Shown one piece after another: positions 35,644 to 47,100 of a stretch of DNA of 64,000 nt. Source of the stretch: an uncultured Gammaproteobacteria bacterium. GTDB lineage: Bacteria > Pseudomonadota > Gammaproteobacteria > CAWCPV01. The stretch spans positions 28,715-92,714 of the forward strand of contig CAWCPV010000011.1 in the NCBI GenBank assembly GCA_963797555.1, in the 5' to 3' direction. The notes under the pieces were generated by a model that was given only the letters and a program-made list of their open reading frames with translations, did not search any database and had not been told where the DNA came from. A program made the position numbers and the translations under genes. Position 1 is the first letter of the stretch; each line of letters begins with the position of its first letter.

Positions 35644-35651
35644 CGTAGCGT

Positions 35652-35732
35652 TCAGCGCTTGCTGAGCCAGAACCACCAGACGATGAGCCCGATCAGGGCC
35701 ACGCCGGCGCCGTTCACCAACACCTGAGCCAT
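35652..35732 (-). pseudogene. 26-aa TM peptide, likely truncated N-terminus of a copA-linked cupredoxin protein
   Basis: MAQVLVNGAGVALIGLIVWWFWLSKR* starting 4 bp after the copA stop. Confidence 0.55.
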
Positions 35733-35736
35733 CCCG

Positions 35737-38019
35737 TCAGCGGCGCGGCCTGAATAGCCTGAGCCTGTTTGCGTTGCCCACCACGGTGATGGATGAGAGG
35801 GCCATGGCGGCCCCGGCTATCATCGGATTGAGCAGCGTACCGGTCGCGGGATAGAGGATCCCGGCCGCGATGGGGATTCCCAGCGAGTTATAAAGGAAAG
35901 CACCGAACAGGTTCTGCTTGATATTGCGCAGCGTGGCGCAGGAGATAGCGATGGCGTCCGCCACGCCATGCAGGGATCCACGCATGAGCACGATGTCGGC
36001 GCTTTCGATGGCGACGTCGGTGCCGGCGCCGATCGCGAAGCCCACGTCGGCTTGCGCCAGCGCAGGAGCATCGTTGATCCCATCGCCCACCATGGCGACG
36101 CGCTCCCCCCGCCGTTGGAGATCCATCACCCGACTCGCCTTATCGGCTGGCAGGACCCGAGCCCTCACCTCGTCGACCCCGACTTGCTGCGCCACCGCCT
36201 CCGCGCTGGCCGCTTGGTCGCCCGTAATCATGATGACCCGCAGCCCGGCGCCGCGCAGACGCGCAATGGCGGCGGCCGAGTCGGGCTTGACCGGGTCGAC
36301 AACGCTCAGCAGGCCGACCGCCTTCCCGTCCGCGGCAACGAACATGAGCGTGTGACCCCGCCGCGCCAGGTCTGCAGCGGCGTCCTGCAATGGCCTCAAG
36401 TCCACACCCCTGTCGCGCATCAGATCGGCGTTGCCCAGCAACACGGTGCGCGCTTCCACCTGCGCCTGAGCACCGCGCCCTGTGAGCGACTGAAACGCAG
36501 TGGCCTGAGGGGGGGCGAGGCCGCGCTCGCGTGCGGCGGTCAGCACCGCCTCGGCCAGGGGATGCTCGGACCCCGCCTCGACCGCCGCGGCGAGCCCCAG
36601 CAACTTCTCCTCGCTGACTCCCTCGGCCGCGATCAAGTCCGACACGCGGGGCCGGCCTTCCGTGACAGTCCCGGTCTTGTCGAGGACGACAGCGGTCAGG
36701 TAACCGACCTGCTGCAGGGCTTGGCCGTTGCGAATCAGGCATCCGTACTCGGCGGCCTTCCCGACTCCCACCATGATCGACATGGGGGTGGCCAGGCCCA
36801 TGGCGCAGGGACAGGCGATGATGAGCACGGTAACGGCAACCACGACCGCGTAGCTCAACCTGGGATCCGGGCCGAGGTCGAACCAGGCCAGGAACGCGAT
36901 CACTGCTGCGATGAGCACCGTGGGCACGAATATCGCCGCCACCCGGTCCACAAGGCGACCGATGGGCGGCTTCGTCGCCTGGGCGCGGCGCACCATCTCG
37001 ATGATCCGCGCGAGTACGGTGTCCTTGCCGATGCGTTTCGCCTGATAGAGGAAGCTGCCGGACTGGTTCACCGTCCCCCCGACCACCTCATCCCCGCGGC
37101 TCTTGGCCACCGGCAACGGCTCACCGGTCAGCATCGACTCGTCGACGCTGGAGCGGCCTTCGATCACCACACCGTCCACGGGGATGCGCTCCCCGGGCCG
37201 TACCCGCAACGTGTCGTCCAGACCCACCTGCAGCAGCGGCACGTCCATCTCTTTGCCGTAACGCACCACCCGCGCCGTCCTCGGCTGGAGCCCCACCAGC
37301 CGCCGGATAGCCTCCGATGCCTTGCCCCGGGCCCGTGTCTCCAAGGCCGATCCGAACGTGACGAAGGCGAGCAGCATCGCCGCCGCATCGAAATAGGCGT
37401 GCTGCGCTAGGGTGGGCACGCGCTCCGGGGCGATCGCGACGGCCATGGAGTAGATCCACGCCGTGCCCGTGCCCAGGGCGATGAGGGTGTCCATATTCGC
37501 TTCGTGGCCCAGGAAGGCTTTCCACGCGCCGGTGAAGAACCCGCGCCCGGCGGTGAGCAGCACACCCAGAGTGGCGAAGCCGGCGAGTAGCCAGAACAGG
37601 CGGCCTGCACCCGTGGTCAACGCCGGGTACCAGCCCGCGAGTCCCCCCACGAACAGAGGCAGGCCGACCGCCCCGGCGATGGCAGCACGTCGCAGCTGAG
37701 TCCTGTAGTGGCCCAGCTCGGCTTCTTCTTTTTGCTGCTGCTGCGCTGCGCCATCGGTCGCACTGAGCACTGCGGCCTGGTAGCCTGCGGCGGCTACCGC
37801 GCCAAGCAGGGCCTCGTTGTCCGCCCCGCCTCGCACGAGCGCCGTGCGATCTGCGAAGTTGACCGTGGCCTCCTCGACCCCGTCGACAGCCCGCAGGGCG
37901 CTTTCCACCGCCGCCACGCACCCCGCGCAGCTCATTCCAGACACGGAGAGCCGCACCGTGCTCGCCTCTGGCGGAGGTGCGGCGCGATGTGCGGCGGGAG
38001 GCTCGATGACGGCGCTCAC
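35737..38019 (-). CDS. copA: Cu(I)-translocating P1B-ATPase
   Basis: [39 protein letters not shown] and MALSS; GTG overlaps the upstream TGA. Confidence 0.93.
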   Translation of the reverse strand: MSAVIEPPAAHRAAPPPEASTVRLSVSGMSCAGCVAAVESALRAVDGVEEATVNFADRTALVRGGADNEALLGAVAAAGYQAAVLSATDGAAQQQQKEEAELGHYRTQLRRAAIAGAVGLPLFVGGLAGWYPALTTGAGRLFWLLAGFATLGVLLTAGRGFFTGAWKAFLGHEANMDTLIALGTGTAWIYSMAVAIAPERVPTLAQHAYFDAAAMLLAFVTFGSALETRARGKASEAIRRLVGLQPRTARVVRYGKEMDVPLLQVGLDDTLRVRPGERIPVDGVVIEGRSSVDESMLTGEPLPVAKSRGDEVVGGTVNQSGSFLYQAKRIGKDTVLARIIEMVRRAQATKPPIGRLVDRVAAIFVPTVLIAAVIAFLAWFDLGPDPRLSYAVVVAVTVLIIACPCAMGLATPMSIMVGVGKAAEYGCLIRNGQALQQVGYLTAVVLDKTGTVTEGRPRVSDLIAAEGVSEEKLLGLAAAVEAGSEHPLAEAVLTAARERGLAPPQATAFQSLTGRGAQAQVEARTVLLGNADLMRDRGVDLRPLQDAAADLARRGHTLMFVAADGKAVGLLSVVDPVKPDSAAAIARLRGAGLRVIMITGDQAASAEAVAQQVGVDEVRARVLPADKASRVMDLQRRGERVAMVGDGINDAPALAQADVGFAIGAGTDVAIESADIVLMRGSLHGVADAIAISCATLRNIKQNLFGAFLYNSLGIPIAAGILYPATGTLLNPMIAGAAMALSSITVVGNANRLRLFRPRR

Positions 38020-39008
38020 GAAGAGAATCGCATCCAGATCTCGAACAACAGGTACAACACCACCAATCCCAAGACGCCGCCCAGGATGGCGGTCACTACC
38101 TTGAGGCTCCCAGCGGCATTCTGGGAGGCGCGCGCCACCACGCTGTTCGCAGTCTCCTCGGCCGCCAGCCGAGCGACACGCTGGGCGACGCCCTCGGCGA
38201 CCTGGCTCGCGAGCTTCTTGACCAAGGGTTCCGCCACCGAGCCGGTGTTTTGCTGCACCAGGGTGGTCACCACACGTTTGACCTCGTCGGAGTGCACAAA
38301 TTTCGCGCATTCCTCGCGCAGTACCTGTCCGGTCTGCAGCTCCACGTCCTTGCGAAGCCCTTCGCGGGCCGCGCGCAGGACCTCGGTCAGCATCTTCTGA
38401 CCGGCGGCATTGACGAACTCCTGAGTGACACGCTGGGCGATGGTACGCACGGCCTCTTCGACCACCCGTTCGGACACCGAGCGCGCCACGTTCTCTGCGA
38501 CCTGAGAAGCGACTTGCTCGGCGATTGCCCTCGCTGTTGACTCGGCCAACCCTAGCTCCTCCTCTGTGATCGCCTCGACAGCCGCCAGCGGCGGCGCCTC
38601 CGCTCCCGGCGCGGTTTCTGGCACCGCCTCCGGCCGCAGCGTCTGGCGGAGGTCGTCCAGCACGAAATCCAGACTCTCTTCGCTCACCGGCTTGGTCAAG
38701 AACCCCTTGGCCCCCGAGCCCGTGGCCTTGTCCCGATCCTCCGGCGTGTCCTGTGAGGTACACATGACCACGGGGATGCGAGCCGTCGCCGGGTTTGTCC
38801 TGATGAGCTGCGTCGTCCGGTAGCCGTCCATGCCGGGCATCATGAAGTCCATGAAGATGATGTCGGGCCAATCCGAGCTCAGCCGCTCGATGGCCTCCTC
38901 GCCGGAGCCGGCCGAGATCACTTCGATGGATTTCTTCGCCAGCAGCCTTCCCAAGGTGACGGCGGCGAGCTTGGAGTCGTCGACTACCAGCGCCTTCCTA
39001 ATCTCCAT
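38016..39008 (-). CDS. Response regulator: receiver, long Ala/Glu/Val-rich helical region, C-terminal TM anchor
   Basis: [26 protein letters not shown]; repeated VAE.VA..V helices; hydrophobic tail. Confidence 0.82.
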   Translation of the reverse strand: MEIRKALVVDDSKLAAVTLGRLLAKKSIEVISAGSGEEAIERLSSDWPDIIFMDFMMPGMDGYRTTQLIRTNPATARIPVVMCTSQDTPEDRDKATGSGAKGFLTKPVSEESLDFVLDDLRQTLRPEAVPETAPGAEAPPLAAVEAITEEELGLAESTARAIAEQVASQVAENVARSVSERVVEEAVRTIAQRVTQEFVNAAGQKMLTEVLRAAREGLRKDVELQTGQVLREECAKFVHSDEVKRVVTTLVQQNTGSVAEPLVKKLASQVAEGVAQRVARLAAEETANSVVARASQNAAGSLKVVTAILGGVLGLVVLYLLFEIWMRFSS

Positions 39009-39406
39009 TCCAGACCCTCCATTGGCAGGTGAGCCAGCGGCACACTTCTTGTCACGCTCCCGGAGCGGCACGAGCCGTGAGAAGGCCACGGCGCAAAGCT
39101 TAGCTCGTCCGGGCCGGGCGCGCGAGGGTGCTCGCCGTAGCAGTCCACCCGACTTGATACTTCTGGCGTGGCCGTCCCAGCGTGCCTGGGCAGCAGCGTC
39201 GCCGGCTGCCTTCCCGAGATCACGCATGCAAACGATTCCCGCGGCTTTTTCGGGCGCAAGGCGACTATATCGTAACCGATTGGCGCTGCTCCGCCACATC
39301 GGGTCCCATCACGCCGGCCGCGCCTCGGCTCTCCGCGGGGGCCGCGACTGTGCGGGTCGGCCTATGGTGGGCCTATGGTAGAGTGGGCAGTCTGAAAAAA
39401 GCTGAT

Positions 39407-39859
39407 ATGCCGGTTCCCCGCGTAGTCACCCTTGGGCTGCTGCTGCTCGGTGCCGGGCTGGCCGCGAGCCAGCTCGCCCGGAACGCACGGGATGTGTCGT
39501 TGGACGACTGGCGCGACGGCGTTTCGGGTTACAGCACAGCGCTTGTAGACGGGCGTGAGGCCGGGAAGCCGGTGGCCTTCCTGTTCTACACCGAATGGTG
39601 CACCGCATGTAAGGAGCTGCGACGCGACGTCCTGACGTTGCAGCCAGTGAAGCGGTACCTCGACGCGTACGTGCGCGTCGAGGTGGACTTGGACGCAGGA
39701 GCCGCGGCGCAGGACCTGGCAAAACGCTTCGGCGTTGTGGGGATTCCGGCGCTGTATGTGATTGCGGCGCGATCGGGTGTGGTGCGTCCGGTTCGCACCA
39801 GAACCGGGCTCACGCCCACAGAGTTCATCGCAGCGTGCCGCGGGGCTGCGGGAGCCTGA
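39407..39859 (+). CDS. Exported thioredoxin-family protein
   Basis: Hydrophobic N-terminus, WCTAC, FGVVGIP. Confidence 0.8.
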   Translation: MPVPRVVTLGLLLLGAGLAASQLARNARDVSLDDWRDGVSGYSTALVDGREAGKPVAFLFYTEWCTACKELRRDVLTLQPVKRYLDAYVRVEVDLDAGAAAQDLAKRFGVVGIPALYVIAARSGVVRPVRTRTGLTPTEFIAACRGAAGA

Positions 39860-40156
39860 CGCGCCGAGCGAATGTGGGTGCCCGGTGCGGTCAGCGTTTG
39901 GGCGATCGCCCTGACTCGGTCTCAAGGCTGCGCACGGCCGGCGGCGAGCCATGTGATCTCAAGCAGAGGCAGTGGCGTGTGAGCAGAGCGGGCACCGGCC
40001 GATCAGCCGATCATCGGTGGCGAAGGACCAAACCGCCGACTGGATGCGCCTGCCGTGCATGGACTTTCGCCGCGAACCGTATTTTTTTGGCATGCTCTGA
40101 GCGGCGGATTTCGGCGGACCTATCACGGAGGCGGATCGGGACTGGCGGGGTGCTGA

Positions 40157-40363
40157 GAGTTTGTGGCTGCGCGTCCCGATAGCGGCGTCGCGCGGCGGTC
40201 ATGGCGTGCCTCCCTGTACGCCACCCCTTCGGGGCGTCCTGCGGACGTGCCGAATGGCTTTCCTGCCATTCGGTCGCTCCCCGCCTATCGACTCGACATA
40301 TCTGGTCGCTGCGCTCCGTGCACCTTGCCCTGGGGCCGCTCGCGACGGTATCTTCGCAGGCTC
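40157..40363 (-). mobile_element. Near full-length MITE with TGA duplicated on both sides
   Basis: Reverse-complement homologue of 22765-22980; TGA at 40154-56 and 40364-66. Confidence 0.85.
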
Positions 40364-40366
40364 TGA

Positions 40367-40538
40367 GGGTCCTCACGTCTTTCGTTGGCACGGCGTGGAC
40401 TTCACACGGACGGGCGAGGAGCTGGTACGCTTCGTCGCGCAAGATCTCTACGACCGGGAGGCGGCACCGTGGATGGAACAGAGCGCACGAGTCTTGAAAC
40501 TCCGCTATCAACCTCACGAGTCGCGGCTCAGGCTCTGA
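40367..40538 (+). pseudogene. DUF547-like C-terminal remnant
   Basis: VFRWHGVDF..ELVRFVA..LY...LKLRYQ resembles the DUF547 IFKWY..DF...YL.YDW tail. Confidence 0.45.
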
Positions 40539-40577
40539 TCGGGGCGGGCCGTTGTTGTGCGGCCAAGCGACGGCAGC

Positions 40578-40966
40578 ATGCGGTCCGGGCTCTCGCCGCT
40601 GCTCTGGCGGCGGCGGTCCTGCTTGCGGGGTGCGCCACCGCGTGGAGCCGGAAGGATCAACTCGAAGAGACGCTGCTCGCTTATGAGGACGCGCTACGCT
40701 GGAGCGAGTTCGACGTGGCAAACGGCTTCGGCGGCGGCAAGAGCCAGATCGACCCGGGGCGCCTGCAGCGCATCAAAGTGACCTCCTACGAGGTCGTGAA
40801 CAGCACCGTGGATGACGACAAGCGGCACGCCCAGCAGACGGTGCAAATCCGATACTACGACAAGGACAGTGCGCGAGAGCAGGTGCTGGTGGACCGGCAG
40901 CAGTGGACTTATGACCCTGCCAAGAAGAGGTGGCTCCTGCAGAGCGGTCTGCCGCCGTTCGAGTGA
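40578..40966 (+). CDS. Putative lipoprotein (start uncertain)
   Basis: Lipobox LAGC, YEDALRW, IKVTSYEV, QQWTYD..W.L.SGLP.F. Confidence 0.75.
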
Positions 40967-41027
40967 GCGGTGCAGCCCACCGCGCCGGGTCCCTTCCTCG
41001 CCACCGCGAGGGCGCTCCTGGGGCCGG

Positions 41028-41510
41028 TCACTGCTCCACCTCGTCCTCCGACACGGGTACGAAGCTGCTCCCGTCGCACTCTGGCGGCAGCACCACCACC
41101 TCCCCCTTGCGGTACACGGCTGCTCCCAGCCCGTGATCCACGTTCAGCAGGGCCTGGCAGAGGGTGGACCGCTGGGCTTGCGGGGCCAACTGCAGCCGAA
41201 AGCCGACTACCTTGTCCGACTCCGCATGCCGCGCCCACTCGGCTTCCGTGCGGGCGCGTTGCACTTCGCGGGCCAGGGTCGGGTCGACACTGGTCAGTGT
41301 GCCGCTTGCCAGCGACGATAGCACCTGCCGGCCAACCTCCGCAGATGCCTCGCGCGCCTCGGGGTTACCTGGGATCTGGACGCCCTCATGCGCGATAAAG
41401 GCGTGCGCAAAGATGATAGGTTCGAAGCTGCGTCCCCGACACATGGCATCCCGCCCTCTGACAACGGCCTCGCGGATGGCGGCAATCTGGCTGGACAGGT
41501 AACCTGGCAT
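41028..41510 (-). CDS. Hypothetical protein
   Basis: GGAGG RBS, coding-like codon bias, VDHGLGAAVYRKGEVVVLPPECD. Confidence 0.7.
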   Translation of the reverse strand: MPGYLSSQIAAIREAVVRGRDAMCRGRSFEPIIFAHAFIAHEGVQIPGNPEAREASAEVGRQVLSSLASGTLTSVDPTLAREVQRARTEAEWARHAESDKVVGFRLQLAPQAQRSTLCQALLNVDHGLGAAVYRKGEVVVLPPECDGSSFVPVSEDEVEQ

Positions 41511-41550
41511 GATGTCCCACCTCCGAGCTGTGGCTGAGCGTCGCGGCTCA

Positions 41551-41691
41551 GAGCCCGTGAAGAAATCGTCGCGAGCGGCCCGAGAGCAGCGCGCACGGAG
41601 CGCGGCGACCAGACCTATCCGGTGGATAGGCGAGGAGCGAGGAGCACGCGACGCGGTTATCGGGCCGCACGGCAGATTCATTCACGCACAC
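41551..41691 (+). mobile_element. Short 141-bp form of the MITE with TCA duplication
   Basis: TCA|GAGCCCGTGAAGAAATCGTCGCGAGC ... GCAGATTCATTCACGCACAC|TCA; lacks the internal module. Confidence 0.8.
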
Positions 41692-41858
41692 TCAGTTTAC
41701 TTGAGTGGCCGCGGCTACCGGCACCTGCCGGCAGGCTATGAGGCGCTGCGGGGCGATTCCAGTGGCGCGATGGGATGGTCAGGGCCGCAGGCGGACGCGC
41801 CATGAAGACCAGGGAGGGACAAATGCCCTGGTTGTGCCAGCCCGCGGAGACCAACGAG

Positions 41859-42374
41859 ATGCCGAGAGAGTTGCTGCTACTGCGTCACGGCAAGTCCGAC
41901 TGGAACGTCGGGGGCGAGAGCGATTTTCACCGGCCGCTCGCCAAGCGTGGGACAAAGGCGGCCTCGCGCATAGGCCGCTGGATGAAGCGGCACGACCTGC
42001 GGCCCGACTGCGTCCTCAGCTCTCCTGCCCGGCGCGCCAGGGATACCGCCCTGCGAGTGTGCCAGAAGCTCGCGCTGTCCGAGCTTGGCATCGTCTGGGA
42101 CGACCGCGTCTACGACGCCGACGTAGCGCGTCTGCTCGAGGTGCTGGCTGACTGTCCGCTGGACTGCAACAGGGTCCTGGTGGTGGGCCACAATCCGGGG
42201 CTCGAGGACCTGCTGGCGTACCTTTGCGGTCAGCCTTTGCGCCCCGCGGACGATGGCAAGCTATTGCCCACGGCCGCGCTTGCACGCATCGCCATGCCTG
42301 ACGACTGGACCGACCTGCAACCCGGCACCGCCGGCTTGGTCGGCATCATCAGTCCTCAGGATCTCGAAGGCTGA
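41859..42374 (+). CDS. SixA-like histidine phosphatase
   Basis: LLLLRHGKS, SSPARRA, VVGHNPG. Confidence 0.9.
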   Translation: MPRELLLLRHGKSDWNVGGESDFHRPLAKRGTKAASRIGRWMKRHDLRPDCVLSSPARRARDTALRVCQKLALSELGIVWDDRVYDADVARLLEVLADCPLDCNRVLVVGHNPGLEDLLAYLCGQPLRPADDGKLLPTAALARIAMPDDWTDLQPGTAGLVGIISPQDLEG

Positions 42375-42582
42375 GAGTAGGGCGGAGTCTCCACCGGCAG
42401 CGGTGGCCAGGACTGCCGCACCGCTGGCAGGTGCGGATGACCGGCGTTGGAGGGGTTGGTCACTATGAAGCGGGTGGGGCCGGATGGAGTGGCCCTCGCG
42501 CCTCGGCCGCCGCCTCGCCGCTCGCCAAGCAGGCCTGTGCCGATTCTTGATAAGCTATGAGCCCCGCGACAAGGAAAGGCCG

Positions 42583-45498
42583 ATGAGCCACCCTGCATTC
42601 GAGTTGGTCCGGCGTAAGCCAGTCCCATCTCTAAATCTGACGCTCGAGGAGTATCGGCACCGCTTGACCGGTGCCGGTCATTGTCACCTTGCCAGCGGCG
42701 ACACCAACAACGCTTTCCTGGTGGCTTTCCCGACAGTGCCACAGGACAGCACGGGTGTCGCTCACATACTGGAGCACACGACGCTCTGCGGTAGCCGGCG
42801 CTTCCCCGTCCGGGACCCGTTTTTCCTGATGATCCGCCGCTCCCTCAACACCTTCATGAACGCCTTCACGGCGGCCGATTGGACCGCGTATCCGTTCGCT
42901 ACCCAGAACCCGAAGGACTTCGCCAACCTCCTGCAGGTTTACTTGGATGCGGTCTTCTTTCCCCGCCTGGACCCGCTCGACTTCGCCCAGGAGGGGCACC
43001 GCGTGGAATTTTCCGACCCCGCGAGCCCGGACTCTGAGCTGGTCTACAAGGGGGTGGTCTTGAACGAGATGAAGGGGGCGATGAGCTCCCCGCTCAGCCA
43101 AGTCGGGCAGGCGCTGCAATCGCACCTATTCCCTACGACCACTTACCATTACAACAGCGGCGGCGACCCCGAGGAGATTCCGAGTCTGACCTACCAACAG
43201 CTCAAGGCATTTCACGCGAGCCACTACCACCCCTCCAATGCCCTCTTTGTGACCTACGGCAGCCTGGAAGTGGAGGGCCACCAGCAGGCCATGGAGCAGT
43301 GGGCGTTGAGCCACTTCCAGCGTCAGGAGTTCGACCTGCACATTCCCGATGAGCGCCGCTATGACGCACCGCGTCGAGTGGAGGGAGGCTACACCTTCGA
43401 CCCTCTCGAAGACCCTGCTCACAAGACCCACATCCTCATCGGCTGGCTGTTGGGCAACACCACGGATCTGCGCGAGGTGATGCGCGCCCACCTGCTGTCC
43501 GGTGTGCTGCTCGACAATAGCGCTTCCCCCTTGCGCCAAGCGCTCGAGACCACTGACCTGGGCACGGCCCCCTCGGATCTGTGCGGCCTCGACGATTCCC
43601 CCCGCGAGGCGAGCTTCGTCTGCGGCCTCGAGGGGTCCGATCCCGAGAGCTCGGACGCTGTCGAGCGGCTCGTCCTGCATGTCCTCGAGAGTGTCGCGGC
43701 GAAGGGCGTCCCCCAGGACCAGGTGGAATCCGTTTTGCACCAAGTGGAGATAAGCCAGCGCGAGATCAGTGGCGGCAGGTTCCCTTACGGCCTGCAACTG
43801 ATGATGCGGATGCTTCCGGCCACCTTGCACGGGGGCGATGCCGCGGAGGCGCTCGATGTCGATCCCGTGCTGGAAGAGTTACGTGAGCAGATCCAGGACC
43901 CGGGGTTCATCAAGGGTCTGACACGGCGGCTGCTCTTGGAGAACCCTCACCGGCTGCGCCTGACCATGGTGCCGGATACGGAGCTGATGTCCCGCCGTGC
44001 GGCCGCCGAGGCGCGGCGTCTGGCGGCGATGAAGGAGGTCATGAGCGCGGAGGACAGAGCGCGTGTCGTGGCGCGGGCGGTGACCCTCAAGGCTCGGCAG
44101 GAGGCCGCGGACGACCCGGAGATCTTGCCCAAGGTGGGGCTGGCGGACGTGCCGGATGATCTCAGGATCCCGGAGGGTCGCAAGGAGAGTATCGGTTGGA
44201 CGCCCACCACCTGGTTTTCCCAGGGAACCAACGGACTCGTGTACCTGCAAGCCGTGGTCGACCTCCCTGACCTGCCCCCCGATCTGCTCGACGACCTGCC
44301 GCTCCTGTGTGAGGTGGTGACGGAGATCGGCTGCGGGGACAAGGACTATCTTCAGACTCAGTCGTGGCAGGCCGCGGTCAGCGGGGGGATCAGCGCCCGC
44401 ACCTCGCTGCGCTCGGACATAGCCGACCTACAGCGTGCCCACGGAGTCTTCGTGCTGGCGGCCAAGGGCCTCGCCCGCAACCAGGACGCCCTCGGGAATC
44501 TGCTCTGGGAGACTTTCTGGCGCGCCCGTTTCGACGAGCACCAGAGGTTGCGGGAGCTGATCGCCCAACTGCGCGCCCAGCAGGAAGGGTCGCTGACCGA
44601 CCACGGCCACGTTCTCGCCATGACGGCGGCGAGTGCCGGAATGGGCCCGTGCGGTGCGTTATTCCACCGCTGGGACGGATTGGAGGCCATTCGCCGCTTG
44701 AAGGCCCTGGACCAGGACCTCAGCGACCGAGCCGCTCTGGCGGCATTCGCGGAGCGGCTGGGTCGCATCCGCGACACCATTGTGCGGGGCCCCGTGCAGC
44801 TTCTGGCGGTGAGCGAAGACGAGGTGCGTTGTCAAATGCGCGAGGCGCTGGAGGCCAGGTGGGGCGGCGGACCCCAGACCGCCGCCGACTGGATCCGGCT
44901 GGCGCCGCGGCCCGCCGGGTTCATCGTGCGCCAGGGATGGCGTGCCGCCACCGAGGTCAGCTTCTGCGCCAAGGCCTATCCGAGCGTGCCACCGGAGCAC
45001 GCCGATGCGCCGGCGCTCACCGTGCTGGGACCCTTCCTGAAGAACGGTTTCCTGCACCGGGTCATCCGCGAGCAAGGCGGCGCCTATGGTGCCGGGGCCG
45101 GCTATAGCCCCGACACCGGGGCGTTCCGCTTCTATTCCTATCGCGACCCGCGCATGGGAGACACCCTGGCCGACTTCGACCGCTCCATCGACTGGCTCCA
45201 GTCCAGCCATCACGAGCCGCGCCAGCTCGAGGAGGCGATCCTGAACGTCATCGCGGAGATCGATCGGCCGGACTCGCCGGCGGGTGAGGCTATCGCCGCC
45301 TTCTTCGGGGATCTCCACGGGCGCACACGCGCGCAGCGGCGCCACTTCCGCCAAGCCGTTCTACAAGTCACTCTGAGCGACCTGGAGCGGGTCGCCGCCG
45401 GCTATCTGCGTCCGGAGACGGCCAGCATCGCGGTGCTGAGCAACCAAGAGAACCTCGATCGGCAGCGCCACCTGGGTCTTGAGCCGAACAGCGTCTAG
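42583..45498 (+). CDS. M16C (PreP-like) zinc metalloprotease
   Basis: GVAHILEH, TFMNAFT, GVVLNEMKG, REQGGAYG, SYRDP. Confidence 0.94.
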   Translation: MSHPAFELVRRKPVPSLNLTLEEYRHRLTGAGHCHLASGDTNNAFLVAFPTVPQDSTGVAHILEHTTLCGSRRFPVRDPFFLMIRRSLNTFMNAFTAADWTAYPFATQNPKDFANLLQVYLDAVFFPRLDPLDFAQEGHRVEFSDPASPDSELVYKGVVLNEMKGAMSSPLSQVGQALQSHLFPTTTYHYNSGGDPEEIPSLTYQQLKAFHASHYHPSNALFVTYGSLEVEGHQQAMEQWALSHFQRQEFDLHIPDERRYDAPRRVEGGYTFDPLEDPAHKTHILIGWLLGNTTDLREVMRAHLLSGVLLDNSASPLRQALETTDLGTAPSDLCGLDDSPREASFVCGLEGSDPESSDAVERLVLHVLESVAAKGVPQDQVESVLHQVEISQREISGGRFPYGLQLMMRMLPATLHGGDAAEALDVDPVLEELREQIQDPGFIKGLTRRLLLENPHRLRLTMVPDTELMSRRAAAEARRLAAMKEVMSAEDRARVVARAVTLKARQEAADDPEILPKVGLADVPDDLRIPEGRKESIGWTPTTWFSQGTNGLVYLQAVVDLPDLPPDLLDDLPLLCEVVTEIGCGDKDYLQTQSWQAAVSGGISARTSLRSDIADLQRAHGVFVLAAKGLARNQDALGNLLWETFWRARFDEHQRLRELIAQLRAQQEGSLTDHGHVLAMTAASAGMGPCGALFHRWDGLEAIRRLKALDQDLSDRAALAAFAERLGRIRDTIVRGPVQLLAVSEDEVRCQMREALEARWGGGPQTAADWIRLAPRPAGFIVRQGWRAATEVSFCAKAYPSVPPEHADAPALTVLGPFLKNGFLHRVIREQGGAYGAGAGYSPDTGAFRFYSYRDPRMGDTLADFDRSIDWLQSSHHEPRQLEEAILNVIAEIDRPDSPAGEAIAAFFGDLHGRTRAQRRHFRQAVLQVTLSDLERVAAGYLRPETASIAVLSNQENLDRQRHLGLEPNSV

Positions 45499-45650
45499 CC
45501 CGCTTGCCCAGGCTGCGCAAACGTCAATAGCTGGCTGTCATGCATAGGAGCGGCGACTCACGCCGGTAAGCGGCAGGCCTATGCGGTTGGTCGAGAACGG
45601 AGCTATCTCGATCGACGACGAGAGCATCAACCCCTGTGGAGGAAGACGCA

Positions 45651-45857
45651 ATGTCCAACCATATCTACAAGCTGGTCGAGTTGGCCGGCTCATCCGCACA
45701 GAGCATAGAGGACGCGATCCACAACGCCGTTGCGAAAGCGTCGCAGACGCTCCACAATCTCGACTGGTTCCAGGTGGTCGAGACTCGTGGCCACATCCAG
45801 GACGGCAAGGTGGCCCATTACCAGGTGGTGTTGAAGGTGGGCTTCCGCCTCGACTGA
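45651..45857 (+). CDS. Dodecin (flavin-binding)
   Basis: YKLVELAGSS, WFQVVETRGHI, YQVVLKVGF. Confidence 0.93.
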   Translation: MSNHIYKLVELAGSSAQSIEDAIHNAVAKASQTLHNLDWFQVVETRGHIQDGKVAHYQVVLKVGFRLD

Positions 45858-45999
45858 ATCTGGGCGCGGCGTTCAGGGAACTCCCTTGGCCCACCTCCCT
45901 TGACAGTACCGGTGCGCCGGTCCAGTGTTTGCACTCGCTGCGGCGGAACATGTCCGTGGCTGACCGCGGCCGGATTCGTCCAACTATGAGGAGACAACG

Positions 46000-46401
46000 A
46001 TGAAGAAGCTCGCTCTCGTGACTGCAGTCTCGCTGTTCGCAGGCGGGTCCGTTCTGGCCCAACCCCCAATGCCGCCGGGAGCCATGCCGCCGGGAGCCAT
46101 GCCCGGCATGCCGCGCGGACCGGGAATGATGCCAGGAATGATGCCTGGAATGATGCACCAGGGCCAGCACAGCATGACCGGCAAGGTGACAAAGCTGGAC
46201 GCGTCGACCGGCATGGTCAGCGTCGAGACCCAGGAGGGTAAGCTGGAGTTGCATTTCCCGCCGGCCTCGCTGGCCAACGTCAAGGAGGGTGATGCCATCA
46301 CCGTTTACTTGGCGTTCTCCAAGGGGGAAGCCGGCAAGGGGATGCAGGTACCGTCCATGCAGGGAATGCCTCAGCAACCGTCCGCACCCGGGACTCAGTG
46401 A
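46000..46401 (+). CDS. Secreted Met/Pro/Gly-repeat protein with a small OB-fold-like domain
   Basis: Signal peptide, MPPGA and PGMM repeats, GKVTKLD..TG.VSV..LHFPP..KEGD.ITV. Confidence 0.75.
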   Translation: MKKLALVTAVSLFAGGSVLAQPPMPPGAMPPGAMPGMPRGPGMMPGMMPGMMHQGQHSMTGKVTKLDASTGMVSVETQEGKLELHFPPASLANVKEGDAITVYLAFSKGEAGKGMQVPSMQGMPQQPSAPGTQ

Positions 46402-46661
46402 GGAGGCCGGGGAATGGGCTCTTGGAGGGCCGGAGGGGCCGGCCCTCCAGCTCCTTACAGAGACTCGGCGGCTACCTCCCGCACTTCAGGGATGCTCGTG
46501 CTCCACCCAAGTGGGATGGCCGGCCTGAGGAGCAGCACGGCATCGGGGACGCCGTCGGTTGAAGGGGCGGCTGCCGCGTCTTTACGATTACGATAAGCGC
46601 TGTACGGGACGAGTCAAGGCGTTGTCAGCGGTCCGACCGCCGTCGGAGTCCAACCACGCGC

Positions 46662-47075
46662 ATGGCATCGAAACGCACGCTGCTCTCCATCATCGAGCTC
46701 GGAGGCTACCCCAACTTCGTTCCGCTGTACGAGCGCCTGGGCTACGATGTGGTGTCCGTGGTCTCGGTCCGCAAGGCCCTGAGCGCGCTGAAGAAGGTCA
46801 CGCCGCAGGTGATCGTCGCGGAGTTCAACTACCAGTCCGATTTCCGCGACCGCACCAGCAGCCTGGAATCCCTCCTGGCAGCCGTTCAACGGTCGTCGGG
46901 AATCCGCGTCGTGGTGTTCTACGAGCCTGAATACTCCCATCAGCTCGATCGGCTGCGGGCCCGTTTCACTATGTACGAGGCTTTACCGCATCCGATCCAG
47001 CCGGTGCGGCTCGAAGACTGTCTGCGGCGGTTGACCGATGAGGAAGGCCGAGAACCGACCTCCTCGCTCGGCTAG
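46662..47075 (+). CDS. Hypothetical receiver-like protein lacking canonical acidic residues
   Basis: LLSIIELGGYPNF, IVAEFNY, RDRTSSLESLLA. Confidence 0.65.
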   Translation: MASKRTLLSIIELGGYPNFVPLYERLGYDVVSVVSVRKALSALKKVTPQVIVAEFNYQSDFRDRTSSLESLLAAVQRSSGIRVVVFYEPEYSHQLDRLRARFTMYEALPHPIQPVRLEDCLRRLTDEEGREPTSSLG

Positions 47076-47100
47076 GCCCGGGGTCAGGCTGCCTGGTCCG

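Noticed and set aside
38020-38871. N-terminal 284 aa of the 1044-aa copA ORF
   Set aside because: Overlaps the response regulator in another frame; the true start is most likely GTG at 38019
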